The translations under genes and the position numbers were made by a program. Shown in pieces: positions 1 to 12,983 of a stretch of DNA of 64,000 nucleotides (within the stretch, counting starts at the first letter, position 1; the number at the start of each line of letters is the position of its first letter). The stretch is from Octopus vulgaris. Lineage: Eukaryota. Location: positions 79,298,001-79,362,000 of the forward strand of contig OX597814.1 in the NCBI GenBank assembly GCA_951406725.2. The letters are read 5' to 3'. The notes beneath the pieces were generated by a model. It did not search any database, had not been told where the DNA came from, and saw nothing but the letters and a program-made list of their open reading frames with translations.

Positions 1-845
1 AATAAAATTTAACTATGACGTGTTAATCAGTTAACCTACATAAGATGAAGAAGATCAAATGATATGAAATGGAAACTGAACGTCTAGATAAAAGCACCTC
101 TTCAATAGTTTATCTCTGCTTGAAGTCAGGTTGGTTCTTGTATAGGAACAACGAACTGTGAGATAGTGTAGTAAAATCAATTACAACAGTAATTCTGGCT
201 AATAAATGGAAGACTATTAAATATAATAAATGTGGTTATGTAGCTAAAAAGAAATAGGATTCGGGAGATAACGGGAAAATGAAATAATGTTGTGGTGAAG
301 CTAAAACCACACTACCAAATTAAATTGCTGTATCTAAATCGAGACAGGTTTTAGCAGTAGATATATCGGAGAGGGAGAAAACAACTTTTGATAAACTAAC
401 AGTTTCTCGGGACAATTTGAGCGAAGTGTCATAACAAGAAAGATAGATATGAAAAATTAGCTCCAGAAATTAGTGGAAAGCGGTCAGTTATCTTACAATG
501 AAGTTGCGTATATCTGGAAAGCTGTTGATGCTGCTGCTGCTGCTATTGGTACTAATATTTCTTCTGCTTTTACAACAACTCTTGCTATTGTTATGCAGTT
601 ATGGATAAAGATACCCTTGTCATGACCCATTCGTATTTTATTCAGACGTAGTTATCTAGAAACACATTATCCAATGTATCCGAAAATTTGGCTGCTATTT
701 CCAGCATCCCGAAGAGACAGTACTGAAAATTCCTCGTTGATTCGTCTACTTCTGTTGTTAGCTGCTGCTTTGTTGTTTGTGCCTCAATATTATAATTATG
801 GCCGTGACTGAAATCAAAGTACAAATGCTACTTAATTCTTGAATA

Positions 846-1031
846 TAGCTGGCAGATTCATTAGCCCGCCGGACAAAATGATGCGAGTTCAAAATCCGCT
901 GAGGTCGTCTTTGTTTTCATCCTTTGTGGTCAATAAAATAAGTACCAACCAGTTGAGTACTGGGATCAATGTAATCGATTAGCCCCCTCCTCCGAAATTT
1001 CAGGTCTTGTACCTATAGTAGAAAAGATTAC
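846..1031 (+). mobile_element. SINE family A (tRNA-derived), internally deleted copy
   Basis: A-box-like TGGCAGA.TC, B-box GAGTTCAAA.TCC, central block GAGGTCG.CTTTG..TTTCATCCTTT..GGTC.ATAAAATAAGTACCA, tail ...AAATTTCAGG.CTTGT.CCTATAGTAGAAAAGATTA shared with about 25 other copies in the window. Confidence 0.85.
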
Positions 1032-1902
1032 TTACCTGGGATATCAAAGCTTCAAATTTTAGATGAACATGTTTCCAATACTATTACGTCACATTTATGT
1101 CTGATAATTTGTCAGGGGCTGATATTATTGATACTCTTGTTGAAACTTAAACCTTTTCTCAAAAGAAATAATCTGGAATATTATTCATTATGGCCAACAC
1201 GATTTCTGCCTAGACTGCATATCAAAGAGCATATATGTATTATACTTGCAGAAATATCCGTCCTTATCTAGGTTTATTAAAAGTATCAGAAAAAGTCATA
1301 TAATCTATGAGCTTCTTGAGAAAATGTGGTTCTTATGCAACATTTCAGCAATGTAGCTGTAAAATTGCAGCCTACAACTTAGGACATACATATAGTTACT
1401 TTTATATGTTAAGATATTTCGTTGTGTCATCTATTAAACTCCTCTTTTAAACACCATGTGTTCAAATGGCAAAATCGTTAGAGAGTCGGACAAATATTTT
1501 GCCGTGTTTGTTCTGTCTCTTTGCATGCTGTAATCGACTTTGCATCATTTCATCCTTCCGATCTCAATAAGATACAAGTCAAGTGCTCGGTAGTTTTCTC
1601 TTTTCGTCATTTTCACTCTCCCAAAATCAGCTACGCTGTGCGAAAATCTCGAGGTACCAGGTACTATTTCCGCTTTCTTCAAGAAATGGAGAAGGTCGAG
1701 CGAGAAGTTAGCCTCTTTTGTTCTAACATAAGATAAAAGCCCCTCCAAAGAAACTAGAATACGTGGTAGACAAGAACAGACCTATGAGCACTTCGACACG
1801 AAACAGTAAAAAATGCTATACGAACAGAAATAACTGCCCAAACCCTTCTGAACTCAAACTACATTGTCAATAAACAAGGAAGGTCACATTGACAGTCATG
1901 TC

Positions 1903-2120
1903 ATTGTTGTTGCTTAGGCTCAGATCAGTCCCGCTGGAGCAAGCCTATAACAAAGACCGTTCCAGATATGACTATCCAATCTTTTCTATTCAGATACATT
2001 GTAAGCAAGGTCATATTATCCAATGTGCCTGACCTTATTTTTAAGACGGTAGGATATAATTTAAAGGAAATTTAATTTTACAAGAAGAGTTATCATGTAT
2101 AAGCTACGTTATTGGCTCTT
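1903..2120 (-). mobile_element. Retroposon family D (SINE-like, (AAC)n tail)
   Basis: Shares TTGTTG.TTAG.C.CAG.TCAG.CC, CATTATCCAATGT and TTAAGACGGTAGG.T.T.ATTT with copies near 646-745, 8965-9100, 24345-24420, 25178-25540, 27665-27770, 29548-29750, 51940-52130 (same strand) and 55425-55630, 59415-59630 (opposite strand). Confidence 0.7.
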
Positions 2121-3129
2121 ATTGCCGCATATTCTGAAGGTTTAAAAAAGAGTTACAGGAATGAGTCTCAGCAATTTCGTGAACTTTCAAAACCCACTAT
2201 TTCTGTCCATATTGGTAAAATAAAACAAAATTAAATAAAATTCTGAAGCGCTTCAATTTTGCGGTCTTATAACGGACAATTACTTGAAATCGCCTTTCAG
2301 ATTTATTTGGTTTTAATGGCTACAAACTACTGTGGCAAATGGTCATTTTCAGAGTTAAACAGAATATAAATGCGAACAAAGAACCATTACGAGTCAAAGC
2401 AGATTGAGCAGTCTTGCTCCAATGAACAATGAACATTAATTTCTGAGGCAAAATAGACATTTTCGTGTATTATAAATAAGTTTCTTCATGCTAGATGTCG
2501 AAAATACATTACTCAGGCGTTAGGTTTAAATTAAAGTCTCTATTAGAAAGTTTCAACGAAGATTATCGTTAACACATATTTTACTATGTCATAACCAAAG
2601 TAATTTGAGGCGCTACATTTTCCCACTAGTGCATGAACTTCAATGTAATTTATAGAGTGACCTCTTTTGAACAAATACTACAGGTCGCACACAAGCCTCT
2701 ACTTATACCGGATTGGCATGCATGTGCGTAATAAACCTCAAACATGCATCAATATTTTCACACTTACTACACACACGCACACATACACACTCGCCTGCGT
2801 AAATGCGTATATATATAAAACACTGGGCGGTAAAAAAAATTATTGTCTGTTACCCAGACAAATCGAGTACGCTGATTCCGAATCTGAACTCATTTATCCC
2901 GTCTTTAGGTTCTGCATTCAAATTAAATTCCATCGAGGTCGATTTTGCCTTTCATTCTTTCGGGATCTATAAAATAGATACTAGTCAAGTACTGGCGTCG
3001 ATGTAATTGACTTCACGCTTTGTATTGAATACATCGGTCAAAATTATGCTTTTTCCGTGTCTTTAAACGAGTAATACAACAAATCTATATTTAAAGAAAA
3101 ATTGACAAAGACAGTACAGTGAAATTGCT

Positions 3130-3330
3130 ATGAGGAGTGGAAAATCCAGCGTTTCGGACAGAGTTCATTTTGAAGGAAAAGGGGACTCTTGTAGATTCAC
3201 AAGTTCCAGGATACCTTTTTCTCTCGAATCTGATGCTGGGAATGCCATTTCCCATCGGTGTACTTCAGCTGCTATATCTGCAATACTTAACACATCGCTT
3301 TCAAACGAGGATACACGTGAATACGTATTT
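3130..3330 (-). pseudogene. possible hAT-transposase C-terminal dimerisation-domain remnant
   Basis: Minus strand reads IADIAAEVHRWEMAFPASDSREKGILELVNLQESPFPSK* followed by an sERxFSxL-like stretch; weak resemblance only. Confidence 0.3.
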
Positions 3331-3474
3331 TTTTCCTGTTTCTTTGCTACCTTTCTTTTTATTTACTTTTTCTCCCTTTTCTTTTCCCATGTCACTTCCA
3401 TCGCTGATGGTTTATCGTTTTTTTAAAAACTTTTTTCCATCCCCACCGCATAGCACTTTTAACAAGCATCTTCA

Positions 3475-3700
3475 ACTATAGCCTCGTGTGCGTTTGTTTT
3501 TAGTGATTGTGCTTGTCCCCTACCACTGTCGACAACTGGTGTTGATTTGTTTAAGTCCCCGTAACACTTCGGTTCGGCAAAAGATTATAGCACCAGGCTT
3601 AAAACAAAATATTGAGGTTGATTTGTTTGACTAAATCCTTCGTCGTGTCCCACAATGGCCACAATTCAATGACCGAAACAAGTGAAAAAATAAAAAATAT
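3475..3700 (+). mobile_element. SINE family B, 3' half
   Basis: TTGTCCCC.ACC...GACAAC.GGTG.TG...GTCCCCGTAAC...GGTTCGGCAAAAG ... ATGGCC.CA.TTCAATGAC.GAAACAAGT matches the tail of the full copy at 32672-33075. Confidence 0.8.
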
Positions 3701-3839
3701 ATGATTTAGGCCAGCCCACAAAGACCCTGCGTATGAGCACAAACTGAAAAAGAATGATTTTTCCATGAAGTTTCACCAGGTAAATCTATAATCTTTAGGA
3801 GCGATAAGAAACAAAATACTTTTGATAAGCTCAACAATG

Positions 3840-4300
3840 AATAACAACAATAGCTGCTTCTAATTTGCCACAAGGCCAGTACTTTTAAGAAGCTGTTAGT
3901 CTATTACATCAGCCTCATTACTTTTGTAGTGATTTGTTTTATCGACACTGGATGCGAGAAAGACAAAGTTGACCTCAGTGGCATTTGAACTCAGAGCGTG
4001 AAGAACCAGAACTAAAAGTCAAATTGTCTGACACTTTACGATTTTATAAATCTACCGCCCCTATAACAACATCAACAACAGCGACGACGACAAAAACAAC
4101 AACAACAACAACAACAACAATCTTTTCTACTATAAGTACAAGACCTGAAATTTTGCGGGGATGGGGTAAGTCGATTGCATTGAACCCCAGTGTTCAACTG
4201 GTAATTAATTTATCGACTCTGAACTCAGAATTGGAAGGGCGAGAAGAAATACCACAAAACATTTTGTTCGGTGCAGTAACGATTTTGATAGCTTTCCGCC

Positions 4301-4345
<45 letters not shown>

Positions 4346-4556
4346 GTTTCAAATTTTGCCACAAGGGCAGCAATTTTGGAGGAGGGGATGAGTTGATTAC
4401 ATCGATCCCAATGTTCAACTAGTACTTATTTTATTGACCCCGAAAAGATGAAAGGCAAAGTTGACGTCGGTAGAATTTGAACTGAGAACGTAAAGACGGA
4501 CGAAATGCTGTTAGGTATTTTGCCCGGCGTGCTAATGATCCTGCCATCTCGCCGCC

Positions 4557-4560
<4 letters not shown>
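3840..4560 (-). mobile_element. three tandem SINE A copies (about 3850-4060, 4120-4300, 4343-4558) separated by (AAC)n/(AAT)n
   Basis: Each shows the reverse complement of family A: GAAAGGCAAAGTTGAC.TCGG..GAATTTGAACT.AGAACGTAAAGACGGACGAAATGC...CGCCGCCT, then (TAA)n. Confidence 0.88.
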
Positions 4561-4632
<72 letters not shown>

Positions 4633-4635
<3 letters not shown>

Positions 4636-5092
4636 TTGACTGTTTCAATCGACATAAATGTATCTGTCAAGACCTACCAATAACTGAGCAAGTATAAAGA
4701 TCTTTAAACAGAAATCGGCAAAATGTGGAGCCTCAAGACTAAAACGATAGATACCTGTTGTCATAGGTATCCTAGGAATGATATCAAAAGGGGCTGATTC
4801 CTACTTAGCTCAGATACCAGGAAACCCCAAATGGCAAAAATTCAAAAGATAGTGCTCATGGGAATTGCCTATATCCTACGTAAAATACTGTCTATGTAAT
4901 CTCAAATTTTAAAACAAACTCATAATTTTCTTATGCTTACTTAAACAGTCTCTAAAACAACACTATGTGTAAAATAAAATTTATGACACCATAGGCATAA
5001 CACCAACACGAACCTCTTACTTATTGTCTCTTGAAGTCTCTAGGTGAGACTTGGAGCCAACTTGAACAAATACAAAGCAAAAGTCAAACATA
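4633..5092 (+). mobile_element. 5'-truncated RLE-clade (R4/Dong-like) non-LTR retrotransposon 3' end plus 3' UTR
   Basis: Degenerate translation ..LSKYKDL*TEIGKMWSLKTKT/IPVVIGILGMISKG../KIQKIVLMGIAYILRKILSM*; flanked on both sides by (TAA)n (4558-4632 and 5092-5180). Confidence 0.85.
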
Positions 5093-5106
5093 TGATGATG
5101 ATGATG

Positions 5107-5179
<73 letters not shown>

Positions 5180-5180
<1 letters not shown>

Positions 5181-5280
5181 CCTTTCTATTAAAGCCTGAA
5201 ATTTTTGGGGAAGGGACTAGTCGATCACATCGATCCCATTGTTTCACTGGTACTTAATTTATCGATCCCGAAAGGATGAC
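5180..5280 (-). mobile_element. SINE A 3' fragment in (AAT)n
   Basis: CCTTTCTA.TAAAGCCTGAAATTTTTGGGGAAGGG.CTAGTCGAT.ACATCGA...ACTGGTACTTAATTTATCGA.CCCGAAAGGATGA. Confidence 0.8.
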
Positions 5281-5291
5281 CAATTCTTTAT

Positions 5292-5341
<50 letters not shown>

Positions 5342-5427
5342 AAGGATGATGATAATGACGACGATAATAACAATAACAACAACAACAACAACAACAACAA
5401 TAATAATAATAATAATGATAATAATAA

Positions 5428-6435
5428 TATTTTTAGTAAGAATAAGAACGAAACAGATTTCTTAATAAAAACTGTAAGATTCTTCAGCTGATATAGACAT
5501 GGATTTTGGCAAAGATAAGTGTGCAATATTAGTCATGAGAAAAGGACAAGTAGTCATCAATGAAAGCATCCAATTACCAAATGGCTAGACATTAAAATCA
5601 CTGAAAAAAAAGGAGAGAGTTATAAATATCTAGGAGTAGTAGAATCTGGCTGAGTACTAATGATAGAAACGAAAACGAAAATTAAGGAGTACATCAAAAG
5701 GGTGAGGAAGCTAATGAAGTCAAGCTTAATAATCTGAATCTAGTGAAAGCTGTAAATACTTGGGCAGTGTCGTTACTTAGATATTCAGCAGCTTTTGTAA
5801 ATTAAAAAAATCTAAATTAGTAAATTTAGACAGAAGAATTGGGAAGGAATTCTATATGGATGGAAGACTTCACCCAAGGGCAAAAGTAACTTATCTAGAA
5901 AGGAAGGTGGAAGAGGTTTAGTATCAGTAGAAGGCTGCGTGGAGTTGACTAAAGTAGATATGGCCTCGTATGCAAGTAAAAGTGAAGTAAGTTTAGTAAA
6001 AGCTTCTAGAGTTACAGTAGGACATAGGGAAGCCAAAAAGACAAATGAAGTTAAAACCATAAAAAAACAAGAAATATTATTTGACTGGCAGGAGAAGGCT
6101 TTGCATGACACATTCCTAAAGATAGTTGCAGGAAATAGTAATAGTGAGACAAGGTTGTAGTTGCAGAAAGGAAAGCTGAAAAGAGAGAAAGTTTGTTAGT
6201 AGCAGCACAGGATCAAGCAGTGAGGACTAAATGGATAAGAGCCAAGATAAACAAAAACCAGATAGATTCCCAAAAAAGGTTATGCAAATCAAAAGAGGAA
6301 AGTGTTATTCATACAGTAAGTGAATGTAACATGCTGTTACAGAAAGAATACAAGAAAAGACATGACAACTTAGGGAGAATAATCCACTGGGATTTATGCC
6401 GAAAGCTAGGATTTGACCATACTGATAAATAGTAT
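5428..6435 (+). mobile_element. RLE-clade (R4/Dong-like) non-LTR fragment: RT C-terminal part and CCHC knuckle, disrupted
   Basis: SKNKNETDFLIKTVRFFS/DIDMDFGKDKCAILVMRKG; YKYLG; NLVKAVNTWAVSLLRYSA; YLERKVEEV/GGRGLVSVEGCV; LVAAQDQAVRTKWIRAKI..RLCKSKEESVIHTVSEC..QKEYKKRHDNLGRIIHWDLCRK; multiple stops and frameshifts; starts directly after (GAT/AAT)n. Confidence 0.9.
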
Positions 6436-6599
6436 GAATGACGAGTAACCATAGTCAAGAATTAATTTTGTTTCGTCCGAGCAATTCTGAAAGATGTAAG
6501 ACATTAATTATATAAATTAGAAGGAAATGGTGTTTATATTTGTCTCGGAAAAAAAAAAAAAAACAAAAAAAAACAAAACAGTCAGACAGAATGAATGAA

Positions 6600-6613
6600 C
6601 GACCATTAGTTGA

Positions 6614-6644
<31 letters not shown>

Positions 6645-6651
6645 ATGTGTA

Positions 6652-6699
<48 letters not shown>

Positions 6700-7145
6700 C
6701 ACACACACATATATAACAAAATAAAGAGAGTTACTGGCCTGAAATATATTAAAACAATGAAGGGAAAAGGAAAAAATAGAGAATGAGAGGGAAAGCAAAA
6801 TATATGTGTATGTATATATATATGTGTGTATTTGTATGTGTATGTGTGTGTACATATATATGAATGCATATGTGTATATGTATATATATAATATATATAT
6901 ATGTATATATATAAACCCACACGCATTCATACGTTACGTTGGAAAACTCGCTGCGAATAAGATAGGGTACTGAGAAAGGAGAGTAGGGGAACAGAGAGTG
7001 AAATATGGAGAAATGAAAATAGGATATTTATAGTTCTAAGAAAATATACATCAAATTGTTGTGATTGCATAAACATATTTGGCGCATGTATGCATGCATA
7101 CATATGCATGTATACATGTAAGTATGCATATATGTATGTGTGTAT

Positions 7146-7189
<44 letters not shown>

Positions 7190-7903
7190 GTGTGTGTGTG
7201 TGTGTGTGTATAGATATACACATATATATGTGTATTTTCATATATCTATATTTATATAAACATACACATCGAGAAACACACGTATATGCATGTATGTAAT
7301 TTGTCATGAGACATTAATATGATATAATATTAATAATGATATATATGTGTGAGTAATATATGAGTATATATATATATATATATCACTATATATGTGCATA
7401 TATGTGTCTATATTTATATATGCATGTACATATATATGTGTGTGTATGTGTTTGCTTGTATGTTTGTGTGTCTGTGTTTGTGCGTGTTTGTGTACTTGTG
7501 TGCGTATATGTATGTGCATTGTGTGTGTAATGATCTTGACTGTAGATATTTGCATGTGTATTGAACATTCCACTTGTAATAACAATCTATCGACATTTTT
7601 TGGAAATGATGCAGTTTGTGTCATAAGAAATTTTAATTTCATTTAAGATCGCTCTTTTTCTCTCTCCTCATTTCTCTCCTATTTCTTCGCAACTTTTTCC
7701 ACTCCATCTCTCTTAATATCCTCTCTCTATAATGTAAATTGCTATTCCTCTCTCTTTCTCTCTCTTTCTTTCTCACCCAGTGTTTGCGCGCGTGTGTGCG
7801 TGTCATTCGTTATTTATTTACTGCAGTACAAGAGGGGAACATTCAAAAGCAAAATACTTCTTAATGGCTTGTTAGCAGGAATTCTACTGAGTTACTGCTA
7901 ACA

Positions 7904-7995
<92 letters not shown>

Positions 7996-8320
7996 ATATA
8001 TATATACAAAGATATACGCAAGTATATATATATATATATATATACACATATATATATATGTGTGTGTGTGTGTGTATGTATATATACATAGATACATCTT
8101 TGTATTTATATAATTCTGTACATGTATGTGTATGTACCTATGTATTTATGTGTCTATCGCTCTACGTATGTACCTATAAATTTGTGTGCGTATATATATG
8201 CGCGCGTGTGTGTGTGTGTGCGTGTGTGCGTGTGTGTGTGCGCGCGTGTGTGTATGCATTGTATGTATGAATGAATGAATGAATGAATGAATGAATGAAT
8301 GAATGAATGAATGCATGTAT
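6600..8320. repeat. compound microsatellite field ((TA)n, (TG)n, (TATG)n, (AAAT)n, (GAAT)n)
   Basis: Directly visible simple repeats; explains the many YI/CV/HT ORFs. Confidence 0.95.
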
Positions 8321-9211
8321 GTAAGACTTAAGTTTAATTTGGGAATCAATTGAAAAGAACCGGCTTCTTGTTGTTGGCATATTTTCTATTCTGAAAGGTG
8401 AGCAACAGCATAACAGCATCACAACAACAAGAGCAGCAAACAACTAGTATAACGGCAATGATCAACATTGATTGTTTTTTATTTTCTGTGTATTTTATCC
8501 GTGGTGTGCAAAGGGAAATTGACAAAAGAAATCGCGGTAATTATTTGGAGTCGTTTTCGTCGGTTATATTTATGGGGGATTTAAAAAAAAATGTGGCACA
8601 GGAATACGAATACGAAACAAACAGAAAAGCATGAAAAAGAAACACACACACAACGGAAGCAGACATGCTGAATCCCTCATCAGTTGTCGACCAAACATCA
8701 CAATTTTGACACCTTCCAATAACATCTTATATTTTGATGTTGCACTCAGTTAAAAGGTATAACCAATATTGTAATGTAAAAGAATCGGAATCGTAGAATA
8801 AGGGGAATAAAATACACTGTTTTCTCTAAATCAAAGTACTTTACTCATGAGGAAACCTACATTCCGAATAGGAATGTCTTATGAAACATCTTCATAATAA
8901 GTCATCTAAAAAAAAGCAAAACATGTTTAATTTTAAGTTAGATGAATAGCGTTATGGTAAAAAACGACCCAGTCGTATCCATCACACCTTGTTTATATAA
9001 AAGGATGCCGACCAATGGTAAGGTGTGATTTTAAGTAAAAGTGGTTGCTATTTCTAATAGGCTGAATGATCATGTTAAGCTTCGTCATTGTCTTGATCAA
9101 ACCAGATTGCAGTTGCATGTGTGTATCTATGTGTAAAAGTAGGGATATGTGTACATGTATGTGCGTGTGTATTCAGGTATAAATAGTTTATTGTGATATT
9201 ATCAGGTCTGT

Positions 9212-9415
9212 AAGGTGGCAAACTCGCAGAATTGTTAGCATGCCTGGGAAAATGCGTAGCATCATTTCGCCCATTTTAACGTTCTGTGTTCAAATTCTAC
9301 CGAGTCTAATTTGCCTTTTATCTTTTTGGGATCGATAAAATAAGTACCGGAATCGATGTAATCGACTTACTTTCTCCCCGATATTACTGGCCTTGTACTA
9401 AAACTTTAAACCATT
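9212..9415 (+). mobile_element. SINE A, near full length
   Basis: AAGGTGGC.AACT.GCAGAAT.GTTAGCA.GCC.GG..AAATGC ... GTTCAAATTC..CCGAG..TTGCCTTT.ATC.TTT.GGG.TCGATAAAATAAGTACC. Confidence 0.85.
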
Positions 9416-10226
9416 TAAATCAGGTCTGTAAAGGTGGAACTGGTGGTAACCCTCTGAGCAGTAAATAATTTCGTTGGTTAATGACAAGGTTCAAATCTTT
9501 CTATTCAGCTTCAGCATTGCATTTTATCTTATCATTGGTCTGCAGAAAATATTTACTATATTCAGTTCAATTGACTACAACTGTTTCAACACATCTTGTG
9601 TGCGTAGATACAAATTATTTAAGCAACAGAAATTCATACAGGTTTAAGAAGTCACCAATTGACCAAGGTACACAAAAACTCAAGTAATGTAGTTGGCAAT
9701 GACAACAACAACAGGACTTTATTGTTTAGTGTATAGGATTACAGAACACAAAATGGCCAAAGTGTTTGAGCTTTCACTTTGCAATAAACCACATTCTTAC
9801 GACTGTGAGTCCATGATGAAATCGAAACCACTATCTTACGATCTTGAGTTCAACACCCTAACCACTATGCTATGCATCTCCACTGAGAATTATGTTAATG
9901 GTGAAATTTTTTCATATAGACGAAATTCTTTCACATGGAATTTCGTCCATCTACACACCAATTGTCCTGATGAAGCTTATAAGTCGAAACAAAATATTGG
10001 CTGTTTTGATTTTTTAAATAATTGTTTATGTTATATTATATTATATTCATAGTATATTATATTATAATATAAATAAATTATTGGATTGTCATTTGTATCT
10101 CCCTATTTAATTTGTTTGTAATTTGCATTATACCCATATTTATGTGGCATTCACTCGATGCACCAGTGAATTCGATGTTTTACCCACCCCTTTGAAGGAA
10201 TTTTTTTCCTTTTTTGTTACCTTATA

Positions 10227-10275
<49 letters not shown>

Positions 10276-10279
<4 letters not shown>

Positions 10280-10706
10280 CAATACAAAATGGGACAAGAA
10301 CGCAAAACATCCGGACAACTAGGTGATACAAAGAGGGACAAAACATCCAGATAGACGATACAAAAAAAAAAACAACAAAAAACAAGGACGGGTTATTCGA
10401 AGCTTTCTATCCTCAGCCAAGAACCGGATCATCCTCGCAATTTCGGCTGATTAATCTTGAGTTCGCTCCAATCTGGCCAGCCCCAAGGAAAAACTAAGCT
10501 AAGAGCATTAGATTCCTTGGAAAAAAGCATCGAATGTATACGAAAACAAGGATAGGAAAACAGACGATGTTACACAAATATAAATACAACATACAATAAA
10601 AAAATAATAATAATAATAATAATAGCAGGACATAACAACAGGTGTCTTTCGACTGGGGACGAATTGAATTCAGCTGGCGTGTGTGGAAATGAAGCCTATA
10701 TATCTA

Positions 10707-10767
<61 letters not shown>

Positions 10768-10809
10768 GTATATACAAGTGTATGTATATACGTACGTATG
10801 TATGTATGA

Positions 10810-10878
<69 letters not shown>

Positions 10879-11520
10879 CATACTGTGTAGCTTAGCACGT
10901 GAAGAACCATCCTAGTAATGATTTTAACATCGATGAGCTTTTCAAAGGATTTGGTTTTAGACAGCTTCATCTTTCAGAGGTTGTATTTACCGTGATAGCA
11001 GTTATTAAAGATCAATAATTTCTAGGATGAGGAGATTTCTTTCATTGAAATATTGCTTATTCATATTTTTCATTCTCATCTTTGATTATAGTACTATGAT
11101 AGTTGTTGTTACAAGGTAACTGCGTTTCAATGAGGTTGAAATATTGTTGTTCTTGACCTGATTCGGGTTATTTTATTCAGGGAATAAAAATTGATTTCTT
11201 TATTATGATATTTCATCTTTAGTTCTATACAACTTTTTTTTATATTGTTTTCTACATTGCATTTCCATAGCGATTATTAATATAGATTTTATAATTAACC
11301 TTGTCTGGATGCAATGAATTTCAAATATATTTTTATATAACAGTGTTTTTTTTATGATGGCCACCTAAATAACCATTCACGGTATTTTAGCGTATTTTTT
11401 TTTATTTATCTTTTAAGGGCAGTTCTGTCTTCATAAATGGTAATTACTAATGTTCAGTTCCTATTAATAGATAATAAAAAAAACAAATAAAGCAAAAACA
11501 CATGATAAAACAACCGTTGA
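10276..11520 (-). mobile_element. Penelope-like element remnant: terminal repeat (10276-10700) plus degenerate ORF start, split by (TATC)n
   Basis: 10276-10700 is the reverse complement of the repeat at 33300-33606; 10890-11400 minus strand gives a K/N/I-rich degenerate frame resembling PLE N-termini (family call is inference). Confidence 0.5.
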
Positions 11521-11535
11521 ATACTGGATATTCCT

Positions 11536-11571
<36 letters not shown>

Positions 11572-11889
11572 AGTTGGTCACGATAGATGATTTATTGCAA
11601 CTAGTTCGGTATTTTACTGCTCTGAATTGAAATATAATTTGGTTTGATGAAATAAGTACTACTAATCGATGTGAATTAATGAACTATATTCCTTTTTTTT
11701 TTTTTAAATGACCCTTACTGAATCAAATTAAATCAATATTGATTTTATACATTGACAGAGTGACATAAATGCGTTTTAGACACAGCGAGATTTTCATCGT
11801 TTATTGTTGCTGTAGTTTTTCTTTTAATCGATAAAATAGGCGCACGTTATTACGTTGTTATATAATACTGTCTTGCACATGACAATGTT

Positions 11890-12460
11890 GAGGTCTGCAA
11901 CCGTTAATGACCCTTCCTGGAGTAACTAGATTCACTGTATTTTTGAATTTTATAAGAGCGAATTTTCTTTGTTCAATAATACTGTGTAACGCGATTTTTG
12001 AAGAGCAACTGTTTTTTTCTTATTTGCTTACTCTTAGAAAGTATGAAAAATGGCTAATATTTCCTTCAAACTTTACTTTTGTAACGATATTGATTCAAAT
12101 CTCCGCCAAATCCTTCTCGACACATGGCTATGATGTTTCTCCACTGCTCCTGCTCGTGATCAGATATACACATATGGTCAGCCACTAAGAGACATGCTCA
12201 AGTGGTTAAGGTCAAGTAACTGACCAGCAAATCAGTGGTATTGAAAAGAAGATTTGTTATAACGATATTTCTACTTCAGTAACTCAGTGCTGAATCTATC
12301 TGAAATGTAATGGAAAATAGGTCAGTTTCAAAACATTGATTTCCAGGTCACAAAAGCAAAGTTTGAAGGGGTAGTTGTCATTTCCTTTTATTTATAGATA
12401 GAAGAAAATAAGAAATAACACTTACTGACCAAAGACAGAGAAAAAATGTTACACAGCGTA
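11890..12460. mobile_element. palindromic MITE-like dispersed repeat, copy 1
   Basis: About 500 bp clearly homologous to 50030-50530; internal inverted repeat GAAAAATGGCTAATATTTCCTTCAAACTTT.CTTTTGT versus ACAAAAGCAAAGTTTGAAGG..TAG.TGTCATTTC. Confidence 0.75.
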
Positions 12461-12875
12461 ATATATGAGTGTCCGGATGTAGGAAAGAGAGGGAGAGAGA
12501 GAGAGAGAAAGAGAAAGAGAGAGAGATAGAGAGAAGGAGAGAGAGAGCCGAGAGTATTGTCTGCCATGTGACTGTGGCGGTTTGGTGTGTTGAAAGTGAT
12601 ATTTGATGATCAGGTGCAGTATTTATCTTGCAATGTATGTAGATTGTTTTAGAAAGGAACAACAGTTTAATTGTGATGTTCTAGTGTCTCTTCTCGTGTT
12701 ATCTGCATTGTTATTATATCAAAATATGCTGAGTGCATTAGAGACATCGAATTTTCGAATTATATAGATTGTAAGTTTTTTTTTTTTAAAGATATTCAGG
12801 GAATGTATACCACGAATGAGATAAGTGAATTTTAAGTTGCATTTGATTGATTTCTCGAGCAGGACAAATAACGTC

Positions 12876-12983
<108 letters not shown>

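Noticed and set aside
1-480. Possible N-terminal remnant of an R4/Dong-like ORF
   Set aside because: Only vague K/W-rich resemblance with many stops; cannot be supported without a profile search
6517-8443. Many 60-180 aa ORFs rich in YI, CV, HT, LS or ER dipeptides (also at about 18300-20000, 31700-32200, 38050-38700, 45260-46650, 48330-48600 and 62200-62700)
   Set aside because: They are translations of (TA)n, (TG)n, (TACA)n, (TATC)n and (GA)n, which lack stops in some frames; not genes
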